A DNA stretch of 63,404 nucleotides, the filler included, from Reticulomyxa filosa (taxonomy: Eukaryota; Protista; Foraminifera), in the NCBI GenBank assembly GCA_000512085.1. It is 27 parts of 27 records of this genome, joined end to end, with 100 filler letters (N's around TTAATTAATTAA, not from the genome) between each part and the next. Parts side by side here need not be neighbours in the genome. Positions count along the whole stretch, not along the records: positions 60,102 to 63,404 come from ASPP01007484.1; 26 more parts are not named here. One strand, given 5' to 3'. This document shows, piece by piece, positions 62,995 to 63,404 of this stretch. Numbering within the stretch: position 1 is the first letter of the stretch; each line of letters opens with the position of its first letter. A model generated the notes under the pieces. That model saw only the letters and a program-made list of their open reading frames with translations, did no database searches and was not told where the DNA came from. The translations under genes and the position numbers were made by a program.

Positions 62995-63404
62995 TGTTAA
63001 AATTGCAATCACCACTACCACTATTTGCATTTCCAAAAAAAAAAAAAAAAAGAATAAGACACAAACAAAGAAAAAAAAGAAAATCAAACAAAAAAAACAA
63101 AAAATGTTCGGTACGCGTGCAATCAGTCGATAGGTAAAGTTGGATGTATTGATGTGATATGTGTATTGACATACTACTTGGGCTATTGTATCCCAATGTT
63201 ATTGGGTACCTTTGCACTCTCATATTCAACACTGATATTTGGTTGGAATTTGAGCAGTGGTTGGTTTGCGTTGTGTATTATTCGAGTCATCCAAGGTTTG
63301 ATCCGTGCATAATGTGCAAAAGTGTATTTCATACATATATGTATATAATATATATGTATGTATATATATATATTGTATATTTTACATACATTATTATATA
63401 AATA

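Overview
This window is not one locus. It is 27 short contigs joined by 26 artificial 100-nt linkers (44 N + TTAATTAATTAA + 44 N), so adjacency across linkers means nothing. Most contigs are AT-rich, intron-containing eukaryotic DNA. The kelch-like, WD40, TPR and RNF213-like families closely resemble those of the foraminiferan Reticulomyxa filosa (inferred from family recognition, not a database hit). Two GC-rich contigs (4872-6122, 36538-37566) are proteobacterial. Recognisable eukaryotic genes are PIG-U, PIG-B, Rav1/DMXL, kanadaptin, a G-alpha, a WNK-like C-terminal region and an acyl-CoA synthetase. Mobile DNA comprises two decayed CRE-clade non-LTR retrotransposons with a YHDD RT motif and two Tc1-like remnants. 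The most notable observations are: (1) a U2 snRNA gene the ORF track cannot show, about 240-263 nt long with two extra hairpins, plus a degenerate second copy whose substitutions are consistent with one extra helix; (2) RNF213-like modules, namely an RZ finger lacking its catalytic His and a kelch-WD40-AAA+ mosaic; (3) a G-alpha with a non-canonical G4 motif (NGDD); (4) a cluster of G-U-rich hairpins at 29.5-29.9 kb that may be an unknown structured RNA.
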